From the NCBI GenBank assembly GCA_963807605.1, contig CAWECG010000003.1, forward strand, positions 160,001 to 224,000: a stretch of 64,000 nucleotides of DNA, in the 5' to 3' direction. Below are positions 50,332 to 59,960 of this stretch, in pieces; position 1 is the first letter of the stretch; every line of letters starts with the position of its first letter. The stretch is from Candidatus Bathyarchaeota archaeon (GTDB lineage Archaea; Thermoproteota; Bathyarchaeia; 40CM-2-53-6; RBG-13-38-9). Both the position numbers and the translations under genes were made by a program. A model generated the notes under the pieces. That model was not told where the DNA came from, searched no databases, and saw only the letters and a list, made by a program, of their open reading frames with translations.

Positions 50332-50979
50332 TCAAAGTCTGTTCTCTAGAAAGAGCAGGGCCTGACTGAAATCTTGGGTGACAAGATCTGCTGTCTGCCT
50401 CAGTCTTTCTACTTTTGGTCTGTAGACTATTGAAATATCCGCTTCCTTGAGCATGCAGTAATCAGCATCACTATCTCCTACGGCCACGGTTCTTCCACCC
50501 AGAGCATCTTGGAGTGATCTTAGTAGCCGAAGTTTGCAGATCAGATATTCTTTGCAGCCTGGAATCTTCAAGCATCCGACTGCGGTGAAGACCTGTCCTG
50601 TCAATAAGTCCCCCTCAAATCGTAGCACGTTTCCATGTACGAGATCTAACGTAAGCCTGTCTTTGAGTCGGTCAGCAAGAAACTTGTAGCCGTCGGTGGC
50701 TAGGACAACTGTGAAGCCCTTGTCCTTCAAGAACGAGATGAACTGATGAACACCTTCGTTCAGAGGAATCGAATCGAAGACATCCTCGAAGTCTGACCTT
50801 CTTCTTCCGGCGAAGAGCTCAACGATCTTCATAGTTACCAACGACCTAGGAGCATGCCTGAACTGACGATCTATTTCTTTAAGTCTTGAGCCGTAGCCGA
50901 ATTCCTCACATAGAACGTCTATCGATCTCTTCGCCAGTACTGTCCCATCCATGTCCAGGATAGCAGAATCAGTTCTCAA
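50332..50979 (-). CDS. HAD-superfamily phosphatase (SerB-like)
   Basis: DMDGT, ATDG, K, VGDSDAD. Confidence 0.88.
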   Translation of the reverse strand: MRTDSAILDMDGTVLAKRSIDVLCEEFGYGSRLKEIDRQFRHAPRSLVTMKIVELFAGRRRSDFEDVFDSIPLNEGVHQFISFLKDKGFTVVLATDGYKFLADRLKDRLTLDLVHGNVLRFEGDLLTGQVFTAVGCLKIPGCKEYLICKLRLLRSLQDALGGRTVAVGDSDADYCMLKEADISIVYRPKVERLRQTADLVTQDFSQALLFLENRL

Positions 50980-52111
50980 TAGTCTGACCTCGGGACTCTG
51001 TTGCCTGTTTATACACTTCGAGCGTCCTCTCAGCTACCAACTCCCAATTGAATAGTCTCTGAACTCTCTTTCTACCTTCCATTCCCATTTCTTGACGAAG
51101 TGATGAGTTCTTCAGCAGACGTGTGAGAGCTTCAGCAAGTCCATAGTGATCTCCGGGTCTGACAAGGATCCCAGTGACACCATCCTCAATGACCTCTGGA
51201 ATAGCGTAGTGATCGAAGGCGACTACCGGTTTGGCTGACGCTTGGGCCTCGGCGAGGGTCAAACCGAAACCCTCCCACATGCTTGGCGAGCAGAAGATAT
51301 CGCAGGCAGCGAATAATGATGGAACCTCATCTTCAGGAACATGTCCTGTGAATAGCAGCGCATTCCGCGTCGTGGATGAGGATATGAGATCCATGAGTCT
51401 AACTTGGTCGAATCTTGTTCCACCTGCTATTACAAATTTGGCTTCGGGCAGCTGCCGTAAAATTAGAGGTACAGCCCTCAGTAGAAAACGAAGTCCTTTG
51501 TAGGGATCCATCCTTCCAAGGAATAGCACAGTGGGAGAATCAGCGATTCCATACTCATCTCTAAGTCTCGATCCATCAATTTCTGGATGGAACCGCTCAT
51601 CGTCGACCCCGTTATACACTACCGAGATTCTCGGTCCATCAAGGCGGTAGAACCTAGTCAACACGCTCTTGAGGTACTGACTTACCGCAATAACTCTGTC
51701 TACTCCAGCGTGGAGGGCGACGAACGTTCCAAGAGCATGATCCGTCATCTTGAGTTTCTGAACTGGATTAATCCAATCTAATGTCGGCGCATAACCGTGG
51801 AACGTGAAGACATGTGGGATTCTTCTTAGCACTTGTACAAAGACGCCGGTGAATACGTCGGGATGATACTGTGTGTGGACTATGTCAAAGTCTTCGATCT
51901 GCAATCCGCATCTAGTCATAAAGCCCAAGTTGCGGATGAAAGGAGTGTTTGAGCCTTTGAACTTCACTTCGGTGATATTGGCCGGTGAGCTATCACCCTC
52001 AACTCTGAGCGTGAAGATCCTGACTTCGACTCCTTTCTGTTTAAGCCTCTTTGAGAGTTCGCGGATGTGAACAGTCTGCCCTGAAGCTTTATGAAGCGTA
52101 GTCCTCACCAT
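50969..52111 (-). CDS. GT4 glycosyltransferase
   Basis: YNGVD, FLGRMDPYKG, EGFGLTLAEA. Confidence 0.92.
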   Translation of the reverse strand: MVRTTLHKASGQTVHIRELSKRLKQKGVEVRIFTLRVEGDSSPANITEVKFKGSNTPFIRNLGFMTRCGLQIEDFDIVHTQYHPDVFTGVFVQVLRRIPHVFTFHGYAPTLDWINPVQKLKMTDHALGTFVALHAGVDRVIAVSQYLKSVLTRFYRLDGPRISVVYNGVDDERFHPEIDGSRLRDEYGIADSPTVLFLGRMDPYKGLRFLLRAVPLILRQLPEAKFVIAGGTRFDQVRLMDLISSSTTRNALLFTGHVPEDEVPSLFAACDIFCSPSMWEGFGLTLAEAQASAKPVVAFDHYAIPEVIEDGVTGILVRPGDHYGLAEALTRLLKNSSLRQEMGMEGRKRVQRLFNWELVAERTLEVYKQATESRGQTIEN

Positions 52112-52583
52112 GGCGACTCTCAGAGTTCCTCACCTCCGTAGCATCCCTCATCTGTCTTTGTTCCCTGATCAATACATTCTAGTTATTAACCGATGAACCC
52201 GATTTCAGACTCAACTTCCATTATGATTCGAGATTCCTCTGAATCAAAAAAATTACTGCTGTGCTGGGCGACTTCAGAATGCTCGGCTATCCTGAACATG
52301 CCATACCGAGAGAGGCAGCCCTGCGACTTTGCTAAGATTCTAGAAAAGAATCAGAGCAAGTGTTTACGCGGTGTTGGGGGTGCATAAAGTATTCCAAAGG
52401 CGACCCTACGAAGATGTGCCTTTCAAGTAGGTTGGACTACCGTGGCTGCAATTTGGTAAACAGACTCTGATCGCCAGACGGCTTCGCGTTAAGAGTTTCA
52501 TGGAACTGGCATGAGAATGATCTGCTGAACCCAACGATCTCGAAATCACAATCTCTGACAAATGTGATGTGCGTGGTTCTGGG

Positions 52584-53036
52584 CTATGGTATTAGTCTCA
52601 GATCTTCCTTGACGCTTGTGAGGACTATATGTGTGTTCGTCCTTTCCACGTAAGGCATAGAAAGCAACTTCTTTGTGAACGCGCTAAGATCGTCCATGTT
52701 TTTGAACTTAGAAATTATTATGGCATCAGTATCTCCTGTTACGTCGTAGACAACTAAAGCATTGGGGAGTCTAGCTATCTCCTTCTCCATCTCAAGCAGT
52801 CGTCCCCTTGAAACTACTATTTCAGTAATGGCTGTGATCGTGTAGCCGAGCTTCTCGTAGTCCAAAATGACGGAGTATCCTTTGATTACGCCTTGCCCTT
52901 CCATCCGGCGTAGCCTTGAGAGGACGGTTGCAGTTGAGGTCCGGATCCTCTTTCCAACTTGTCTGCATGAGAGTCGCGCGTCAGCTATGTACTCGTTGAG
53001 GATCCGCCAGTCAAGCTCATCGATCTTGGCTTCCAC
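52584..53036 (-). CDS. Lrp/AsnC transcriptional regulator, divergent from glnA
   Basis: IDELDWRIL...DAR, R.RRME..GVIKGY, YDVTGDTD. Confidence 0.93.
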   Translation of the reverse strand: MEAKIDELDWRILNEYIADARLSCRQVGKRIRTSTATVLSRLRRMEGQGVIKGYSVILDYEKLGYTITAITEIVVSRGRLLEMEKEIARLPNALVVYDVTGDTDAIIISKFKNMDDLSAFTKKLLSMPYVERTNTHIVLTSVKEDLRLIP

Positions 53037-53179
53037 CCTCGACCACTTGATATATGATTAGTTCTCCGTGAAAACTTGATTAATTGTAACTAGTTATCTT
53101 GCTTCACTCATCATGCCTATCATGAATATTAGAGTTGCTTTTCATATGTTTATTCCTGGGAGTCTTCATTGACTCATTG

Positions 53180-53227
53180 TGAACGTATGTATCAATTTTA
53201 ATCTGTTTTCTTTATGAACGTACGTAT
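53180..53227. promoter_or_regulatory. 13-bp direct repeat upstream of the glnA TATA box
   Basis: TGAACGTATGTAT at 53180-53192 and TGAACGTACGTAT at 53215-53227; TTATAAATA at 53240-53248. Confidence 0.55.
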
Positions 53228-53310
53228 TTTTTCCAAATCTTATAAATATGAGGTTTATATCCATAGTTGGACCGTTTAATCATGAGGGTACGTGTTTAAC
53301 GGTGAGAGGA

Positions 53311-54783
53311 ATGCCGGACAAGAGAGATATTGAAAATGCAAAAGGTAAGTTAGAGAAGGCTGGGGTGAATTACCTACTCTGCTTCTTTAGCGATCTGAGG
53401 GGGATTCTACAGTGCTTCTCGATTCCCGTCTCCGAGTTCACAAAGGGGGATGCATACGCAACAGGACTCGGTTTCGACGGTTCTTCAATAAGAGGATTCA
53501 AACCAATCCAAGAGAGCGACATGATATGGATGCCAAATGCTTCGACGACAACCGTAATACCCTGGATCGAAGACCCGATTCAAAAGTCTGCTATGGTCTT
53601 CGGCAACGTCCACGAGGCTTTTGGAGCAAAAGATGGCGGAGGCGTCTCGGAGGTCGATCCGCGCGGATACGTGGCACAGAACGCGATGAAGGAAGCCGAG
53701 AAGATGGGTTACCGCGCCATCTTCGGCCCTGAGATCGAGTACTTCGTCTTTGAGAGCCTCGATCCAACACAGCTCGTATACGATCTCTGGGTCTCCCCCG
53801 CAGGAGGCAAAGGAGACTCCTGGGGCCCGCCTAGGGTTGTTCCAAAGTCACCTGAGATCAGACCAGGCGGCTACATACTGAGACCCAAGGAAGCCTACTT
53901 TAGAGCACCGCCAGAGGACACGACCACCAACTACAGGAACGAGGTTGTCCACTACCTGAGAATGATCGGTGTAGATGTCGAGTGTCACCATCACGAAGTT
54001 GCGACAGCCGGACAGATCGAGCTTGATTACAAACCAATGGAGCTTATAGAGTGCGGAGACGCGTTTTACAAGTACAAGTTCACCGCAAGAAACATAGCGG
54101 CGAAATACGGCTGGATCGCAACGTTCATGCCCAAACCACTTTACCTCGACAACGCGAGCGGGATGCACACTCACCAAAGCCTATGGAAGGGCGAACCATT
54201 CAAGGGCGAGAACGTCTTCTACGACAAGGACGACGAATTTGGGCTAAGCCAGACAGCCCGATACTATATTGGAGGATTAATAGCACACTCCAAAGCTCTT
54301 ACGGCAATCTGCTGTCCAACTGTGAACAGCTACAAGAGACTTGTTCCAGGCTTTGAGGCACCGATAAACATCAGCTGGAGTCCAAGGAACCGCAGCGCCC
54401 TTGTGAGGGTGCCTCTCTACTTCAGGACACCAAAGGCGATCAGATGCGAATACAGAGCAGTCGACCCATCATGCAACCCCTACCTTGCACTTGCGTGCAT
54501 GCTCAACGCCGGGCTGGACGGGATAAAGAAGAAGATCGAGCCGGGAAATCCCCTCAGAATGGACATGTATGAGTTGACCGCTGCAGAGAAGAGGGAATAC
54601 GGAGTCGGGGAGCTTCCAACAACATTGAGAGATGCTGTCGAGCATTTAACAACGGACGAGGTTCTGCAAAGAACTCTGGGAAGTCACATATACGACAGCT
54701 TCATGGACCTCAAGTTTGAGGAGTGGAACCAATTCTGTCTGTACGTTACACCGTGGGAGATCATGAAATATCTCGACTACTAG
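53311..54783 (+). CDS. glnA: Glutamine synthetase type I (start taken at ATG 53311 after GGTGA; the track start is 53248)
   Basis: FDGSSI.GF, HHEVA..GQ.E, TFMPKP, SGMH.HQS, SYKRLVPGFEAP, NPYLA. Confidence 0.96.
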   Translation: MPDKRDIENAKGKLEKAGVNYLLCFFSDLRGILQCFSIPVSEFTKGDAYATGLGFDGSSIRGFKPIQESDMIWMPNASTTTVIPWIEDPIQKSAMVFGNVHEAFGAKDGGGVSEVDPRGYVAQNAMKEAEKMGYRAIFGPEIEYFVFESLDPTQLVYDLWVSPAGGKGDSWGPPRVVPKSPEIRPGGYILRPKEAYFRAPPEDTTTNYRNEVVHYLRMIGVDVECHHHEVATAGQIELDYKPMELIECGDAFYKYKFTARNIAAKYGWIATFMPKPLYLDNASGMHTHQSLWKGEPFKGENVFYDKDDEFGLSQTARYYIGGLIAHSKALTAICCPTVNSYKRLVPGFEAPINISWSPRNRSALVRVPLYFRTPKAIRCEYRAVDPSCNPYLALACMLNAGLDGIKKKIEPGNPLRMDMYELTAAEKREYGVGELPTTLRDAVEHLTTDEVLQRTLGSHIYDSFMDLKFEEWNQFCLYVTPWEIMKYLDY

Positions 54784-54798
54784 TGGAGGTGAAATAGA

Positions 54799-55113
54799 AT
54801 GGGTGTTCATCGAGTCACAAGTGAGGCTGCAAGAGCCTACGCCGCCAGAGAGAGAGCAATAGGCAACGGGGTAGCGACACTCGGCTCGGTAGCTGAGAAC
54901 GTCTCAAGGTTTGACAAGAAGACCCTTGAGAAATGCGGAGACCTGGCCGCCGAGATGCTCCCGTACGCACCGGGATACGTGGGAAAGACTATGCTGATAA
55001 TCGCAAGACTACTTTGGGCCCTTGCCTCAAGCAAGGAGAAGGAAACGAAGGTCATCCCTATAGAGCAGCTTGAGAAGAAAATAGAGGAGATTAGAAAGGA
55101 TCTCCCAGCATGA
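54799..55113 (+). CDS. Hypothetical small protein in the glnA operon
   Basis: GGAGGTGA ribosome-binding site; tightly packed between glnA and the aminotransferase. Confidence 0.8.
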   Translation: MGVHRVTSEAARAYAARERAIGNGVATLGSVAENVSRFDKKTLEKCGDLAAEMLPYAPGYVGKTMLIIARLLWALASSKEKETKVIPIEQLEKKIEEIRKDLPA

Positions 55114-55120
55114 TCCCTGC

Positions 55121-56221
55121 ATGTCGAACATCCGAAACATCAAGAGCGTCTTGGAATTATTGGAGCCCTATGATCCAGGGCTCTTCCCAAGTGACATAAC
55201 TCAAAGGTACGGAATCCCGGAGAGCGGGATAGTCAACCTCAGCTCGAACGAGAATCCCTATCCTCCCCCAAAGAGACTGATCAGAAGAATAGCGGAAGTA
55301 CTGGAGTCTGCCAATAGGTACCCAAATCCATCTTACGCAGAACTGAAGGAGGGAATATCTGAATACGTCGGTCTCCCCCCGGATCACATAGCTGTTGGTA
55401 ATGGTTCTTCAGATCTCATAGATCTCACCTGCAAAGTAATACTGACTCCACTCGACAAAGTGGTCATTCCCGTTCCGACATATGCACTCTACATGCTTAC
55501 ATCGATGATATGGGAGACAAGCATAACGTACGTTGAGACTGAAGACTCCCAATTTCACCTCACAGCCAAAGAAATCAAACCCTTCCTCGATGGAGCAAAG
55601 CTGATCTTTCTCGGATCACCTAACAACCCAACTGGACTTTGCGTCGAGAAAGACGAACTCAGAGAGATGCTGAAGGCTAAAGACGCAACCTTCGTTGTGG
55701 ACGAGGCTTACTACGAATTCTCCGACAGGACAGCTGCCGATCTTCTCGAAGAACATAAGAATCTAATCATACTGCGCTCGATGTCAAAATACTTCTGCCT
55801 TGCCGGGTTGAGAATCGGATACGCGCTTTCGAACCCAGTACTAGCAGCGAGCTTGGAGAAGGTGAGGCTGCCGTTCAACATTAACAGTCTCGCTCGAACC
55901 GCCGCAGTCCTAGCCTTGAAAAACCCAGACTACTTCAGAAAGATCTGTGGAGAGATCATATTCGAGCGGAATCGCCTCACGAGAGAATTAGAACGTATCG
56001 GGCTGAGATCTTTCCCTTCAGAGGCAAATTTCTTGATGGCGCAACTACCGGAGGGCCGAGACGTTGACAGGTTCACAGAAGAATTGGCGAGTCGAGGTGT
56101 CATTGTGAGGAGCCTCAATAAGCTCTTAGGTCTTTCGCGGGATTATTTCAGAGTGACCGTCGGGACAAAGTCCGAGAATAGAAGATTCATCAGGGCATGT
56201 AAGACTATTCTCTCAACGTAA
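55121..56221 (+). CDS. hisC: Histidinol-phosphate aminotransferase family PLP enzyme
   Basis: LSSNENPY, PNNPTG, DEAYYEF, RSMSK..LAGLRIGY; a CobD-type function is not excluded. Confidence 0.78.
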   Translation: MSNIRNIKSVLELLEPYDPGLFPSDITQRYGIPESGIVNLSSNENPYPPPKRLIRRIAEVLESANRYPNPSYAELKEGISEYVGLPPDHIAVGNGSSDLIDLTCKVILTPLDKVVIPVPTYALYMLTSMIWETSITYVETEDSQFHLTAKEIKPFLDGAKLIFLGSPNNPTGLCVEKDELREMLKAKDATFVVDEAYYEFSDRTAADLLEEHKNLIILRSMSKYFCLAGLRIGYALSNPVLAASLEKVRLPFNINSLARTAAVLALKNPDYFRKICGEIIFERNRLTRELERIGLRSFPSEANFLMAQLPEGRDVDRFTEELASRGVIVRSLNKLLGLSRDYFRVTVGTKSENRRFIRACKTILST

Positions 56222-56267
56222 TCAATATTCCAAGACTCGAATCTTTAATTGCTCCATGAGTCAAGAG

Positions 56268-56287
56268 TACTACCGTTTTGAGTAGCA
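56268..56287. promoter_or_regulatory. Second copy of the tatA palindromic operator candidate
   Basis: TACTACC-N6-AGTAGCA followed by TCAATAAG. Confidence 0.55.
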
Positions 56288-56329
56288 TCAATAAGCCTCC
56301 TAACCGATATGGACCACACAGGTGCTTAG

Positions 56330-56649
56330 AGTGCATTCATAGGACCGTGGGAGATAGCACTCATACTGGCAATTGTCCTAATTTTGTTTGGGCCAAAGAA
56401 GCTTCCTGAACTTACGAAAGGCTTAGGCGACGCCATCAGACAGTACAGGCAAACGTCAGAAGGCGGAGTGATACCTACCTCAACTCCAAGCCAAGCGTAT
56501 CCACAGACTAAGTTGCACCCACCACACAGCCAAGAGCAGGCGAGATACTCATTGACACAGCCAAGCAACTGGGGATCCATACTGATGGGAAGACCCTGGA
56601 CCAGATCTCAAAAGAGATAACGGACAAGACAACTTCGAAGAGCAACTAA
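56330..56649 (+). pseudogene. tatA: Second tatA copy with a damaged start and an internal frameshift
   Basis: AFIGPWEIALIL...FGPKKLPEL, then GEILIDTAKQLGIHTDGKTLDQISKEI in another frame; colinear with 31809-32126. Confidence 0.82.
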
Positions 56650-56867
56650 CCCAGAAACGACCCCCAGCAAGAGCTAGACAACGTAGGCTGTAGAAAGCTT
56701 TCCATTGACAACCATAGGCTTTTCCAGGCTGAAGACTAGAGACCCAAAGTAGATTGCACAGGGTCCCAATGAGAACATAAATCGACTCTTTTAACTGACC
56801 CAATTCTGCATTACAACAGAGGCAAGAGTTGAAGTTTCATCTGCAGCCGGACCATATCAGCCGCTGT

Positions 56868-58990
56868 TTAGGCAGTTGAACAGATGGGAGTGGGACAGCC
56901 CCCGCCGTACTCAGAATCTGCACTGACGCAATCAAGAAGCCTGCCGGTCTCTTTGCCCATGACAGAGCCGATATAGAGCACTTGTTGGCTCTTGCTTCCA
57001 TAACGATAGACGGTGATTCCTTTACACTTCAGTTTGTACGCCAGCCAATAAGCCTTCTCAACATCATCTGGGGTAGCATTGTTTGGGAAGTTTATCGTCT
57101 TCGAGACTGCGTTATCGGTATACTTTTGGAAGGCCGCCTGCATCCTAACGTGCCACTCTGGAGAAATATCAAAAGCTGTGACGAAGAGCCTCTTTACGTC
57201 ATCTGGAACTTCACTGATCTCTTGAATCGAACCTGTTCGGGTGATCTTGGTAATCAACTCTTGACTGTAGAACCCTCTCTCCTTGGCCAGCCTCTCGAAC
57301 TCTGAGTCCACCTCAGGTAGCTGGGTTCCCTCCATAACATTTCGAATAAAGGCAACTGCGAAAAGTGGCTCTATTCCGCTGCTGACACCAGCGATTATCC
57401 CTATGGTTCCTGTTGGGGCTACTGTCGTGACCGTGGCATTCCTCATAGCTCTGTAGCCCTTCTTCTTCCAAATGCTACCCTCGAAGTTAGGGAAGGAGCC
57501 TCTGGTCTCACCTAGCTCGATAGAGGTCTTGTGTCCCTCGTCGTGGATGAACTTCATGATCTTCTCTCCGCATTTAAGCGCGTCCTCCGTGTTGTATGGA
57601 ATCTTCATCTTTATCAGAGCGTCCGCAAAGCCCATGACGCCCAGCCCGATCTTCCTGTTACCCTTGGTTACCTTCTCAACCTCAGGGGTTGGATATCTAT
57701 TCACGTCTATCACGTCATCAAGGAAATGAACGGATTTTCTGACACAGCCTCTGAGTCTCTCCCAATTCAGATCCCCACCCTCGATAAACTTCGTTATGTT
57801 GATCGAGCCGAGATTGCATGACTCATTTGGAAGAAGTGGTTGCTCTCCACACGGATTGGTACTCTCCATAGGCCCGAGTTGGGGTGTTGGGTTATACCTG
57901 TTTATTTCATCGATAAATACCAGCCCCGGGTCACCCGTTCTCCAAGCGGATGTCACGACGAGCGTCCAGAGGCTTTTCGAATTGATCTTTCTGTTTGGCT
58001 CCTTCGTCCGCGGATTGATCAGGTCAAAGTCTTTGCCCTTCTCCACAGCCTCCATGAACGCATCGGTTACCGCGACCGAGAGGTTGAAGTTCGTAAGAAA
58101 ATCCTCCCTCTCCTTGGCAGTTATGAAATCGATTATGTCCGGATGATCGACTCTGAGAATGGCCATGTTCGCCCCTCTTCTCCTTCCACCTTGCTTGATC
58201 ACGTCTGTGGCTGTATCGAAGACACGCATGAAGGAGATGGGCCCAGAGGCTATGCCTCCTGTTGAGCCGACAAAATCTCCTTTAGGTCTCAGCCGGGAGA
58301 AGGAGAAGCCAGTTCCCCCTCCAGTCTGATGTATTATCGCCATATCTCTGACAGTATTGAATATCTCACTGATCGAGTCCGCGACAGGGAGGACGTAGCA
58401 TGCTGAGAGCTGTCCCAGCCTAGTGCCCGCGTTCATCAGAGTGGGTGAGTTTGGGAGGAACTCAAGGCTAGACATCATACTGTAGAAGCCCTGCTCGGTC
58501 TGATTCACCTTATCAGGGGTCTCATATCTGCTGTCTCCGGCAGCGATAGTCTTTGCTATCCTGCAGAACATCTGGCTGGGCATCTCAATCACTTTGCCGG
58601 TTGAATCCTTCTGCAGGTATCTTCGCTCAAGTACGCTAATCGCGTTGACTGTGAGTTTGAGCTCGTCCTCGACCCCGAAGAATCTCTTGGCCTCTCGAAT
58701 GTCAGTATGCCTCTTTCTGTAAAGAATGTAGGCCTTCGCAACCTCTGGTAGGCCTTCCCTCATCAGAACCTTTTCGACAACATCTTGGACATCCTCAACT
58801 CCAGGAATTGTGGCTCTGAATCTCTTCTCAATCTCCTCCACAACAGCTCCTGTAACCTTGCTAGCGACAGCCCCGTCTGTAACGGAGACTGCGGCCATGG
58901 CCTTCCCTATCGCGGCTTCAATCTTCCAGGCTCGAAATCTACAATCCGACCATCACGTTTACGGATCTTAGGGATTCGAGGGGCCGACAA
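56868..58990 (-). CDS. nrdJ: Class II (B12-dependent) ribonucleotide reductase with an ATP cone; apparent 1-bp shift near 58926
   Basis: IRKRDGRIVDF in the upstream frame; PNSPTLMNAG, TNPCGE, APTGT, C-terminal CxxxxC. Confidence 0.92.
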
Positions 58991-59085
58991 AATTTATTCC
59001 CATCTCTGTACCTTGATGGCTAACCTTAAAACTATTGATAATGTGCAGAGACCAAAGCTCGAGATCTTCGGAATCTGTTTGTTGT

Positions 59086-59274
59086 CTAGCTTGACTTCGC
59101 CAAGAGTGTCTTCTCGATATTGGTCAGGCGCTCCTCTATCCTGTCAAGCCTGATGAGGATCTCCTTCAGGATCCCGGCTCTCTCATCAACACCCTGCGGT
59201 ATGAGAGGCCGCAGCGGTTCCGGGAATGGTAAAGGCGACTCAAGAGGTCTCCTGTAACTGCTAGTATATTCCAT
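59086..59274 (-). CDS. Hypothetical small coiled-coil protein
   Basis: ILIRLDRIEERLTNIEKTL heptad pattern. Confidence 0.55.
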   Translation of the reverse strand: MEYTSSYRRPLESPLPFPEPLRPLIPQGVDERAGILKEILIRLDRIEERLTNIEKTLLAKSS

Positions 59275-59412
59275 TAGCCATCACTCAGAAGGATTCACAA
59301 ACTTACCCTTTTGGCATCTTTTAGCGCATTTCTTTGATTTTTCATGAATTTAAGTCATTTTCAGGAAAAAGAGAAGAAAAAAGGCTAAGCCATATGAATG
59401 GTGATGAAAAAT

Positions 59413-59449
59413 AGGCGTAACGTGTAGACTCTGTCTTCACCTTACGCCT
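59413..59449 (-). terminator. Hairpin plus T-tract downstream of the 59459-59656 gene
   Basis: AGGCGTAA/TTACGCCT stem with an inner GTG.AGAC/GTCT.CAC stem; T-run follows on the minus strand. Confidence 0.6.
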
Positions 59450-59458
59450 TATGTACTT

Positions 59459-59656
59459 CTAAGGATAGGTTGGGGCCTCAGTAGGAGGAGGCGTCGTGTC
59501 AATCGGGGGCGCCTCAACGGGGGGCGCCTCAATTGGAGGTGGAGTCAATACAGCTGGTTTTGGTTTGGGCTTGGGCTTGGCTCGCTTCTTAGGCTTAGCC
59601 TTCTTAGGTTTAGCCTTCTTCTTCGTCTTCTTTTTTGGCAAAACTAAATTACCCAA
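59459..59656 (-). CDS. Small Lys-rich/Pro-rich low-complexity protein
   Basis: KKAKP repeats, then EAPP repeats; followed by a terminator. Confidence 0.6.
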   Translation of the reverse strand: MGNLVLPKKKTKKKAKPKKAKPKKRAKPKPKPKPAVLTPPPIEAPPVEAPPIDTTPPPTEAPTYP

Positions 59657-59725
59657 GACATGTTGATAGTCGATCTAAGATTTAAGCCATTGTGTGTTTG
59701 TTAAGTTCTGGTGAGTTGCTTTAAT

Positions 59726-59895
59726 CTCGGCGCGGAGTCTCTGCGTCGCTGAGAACGTCACGAATAGGGTGAGAGCACCCGAATTTGAACTATCGATTCT
59801 GTTTCTGTCGTTGGTAAACACATTCGACAGGATTCTATTCACGGGGGCGGGGGGTTGTTTGTCTCTCAGCTGCGCCGAGGGGCTCGCAAGGCTCT
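59726..59895 (+). ncRNA. Candidate structured non-coding RNA of unknown family
   Basis: Nested stems 59726-33/59872-79, 59748-54/59864-70 and 59762-67/59835-40 enclosing three hairpins; strand inferred from G-U pairs and a GCAA loop. Confidence 0.5.
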
Positions 59896-59960
59896 TCACG
59901 GCCATCGTGTTTGTGATCGCTGTCAATCATAGAAAAGCGTATGGCTAGAGTCTGAAGCCA

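Noticed and set aside
59700-59900. Cobalamin riboswitch, SRP RNA or RNase P RNA; also ORF 59675-59926
   Set aside because: The diagnostic motifs are absent on both strands, and the ORF has no protein-like features.
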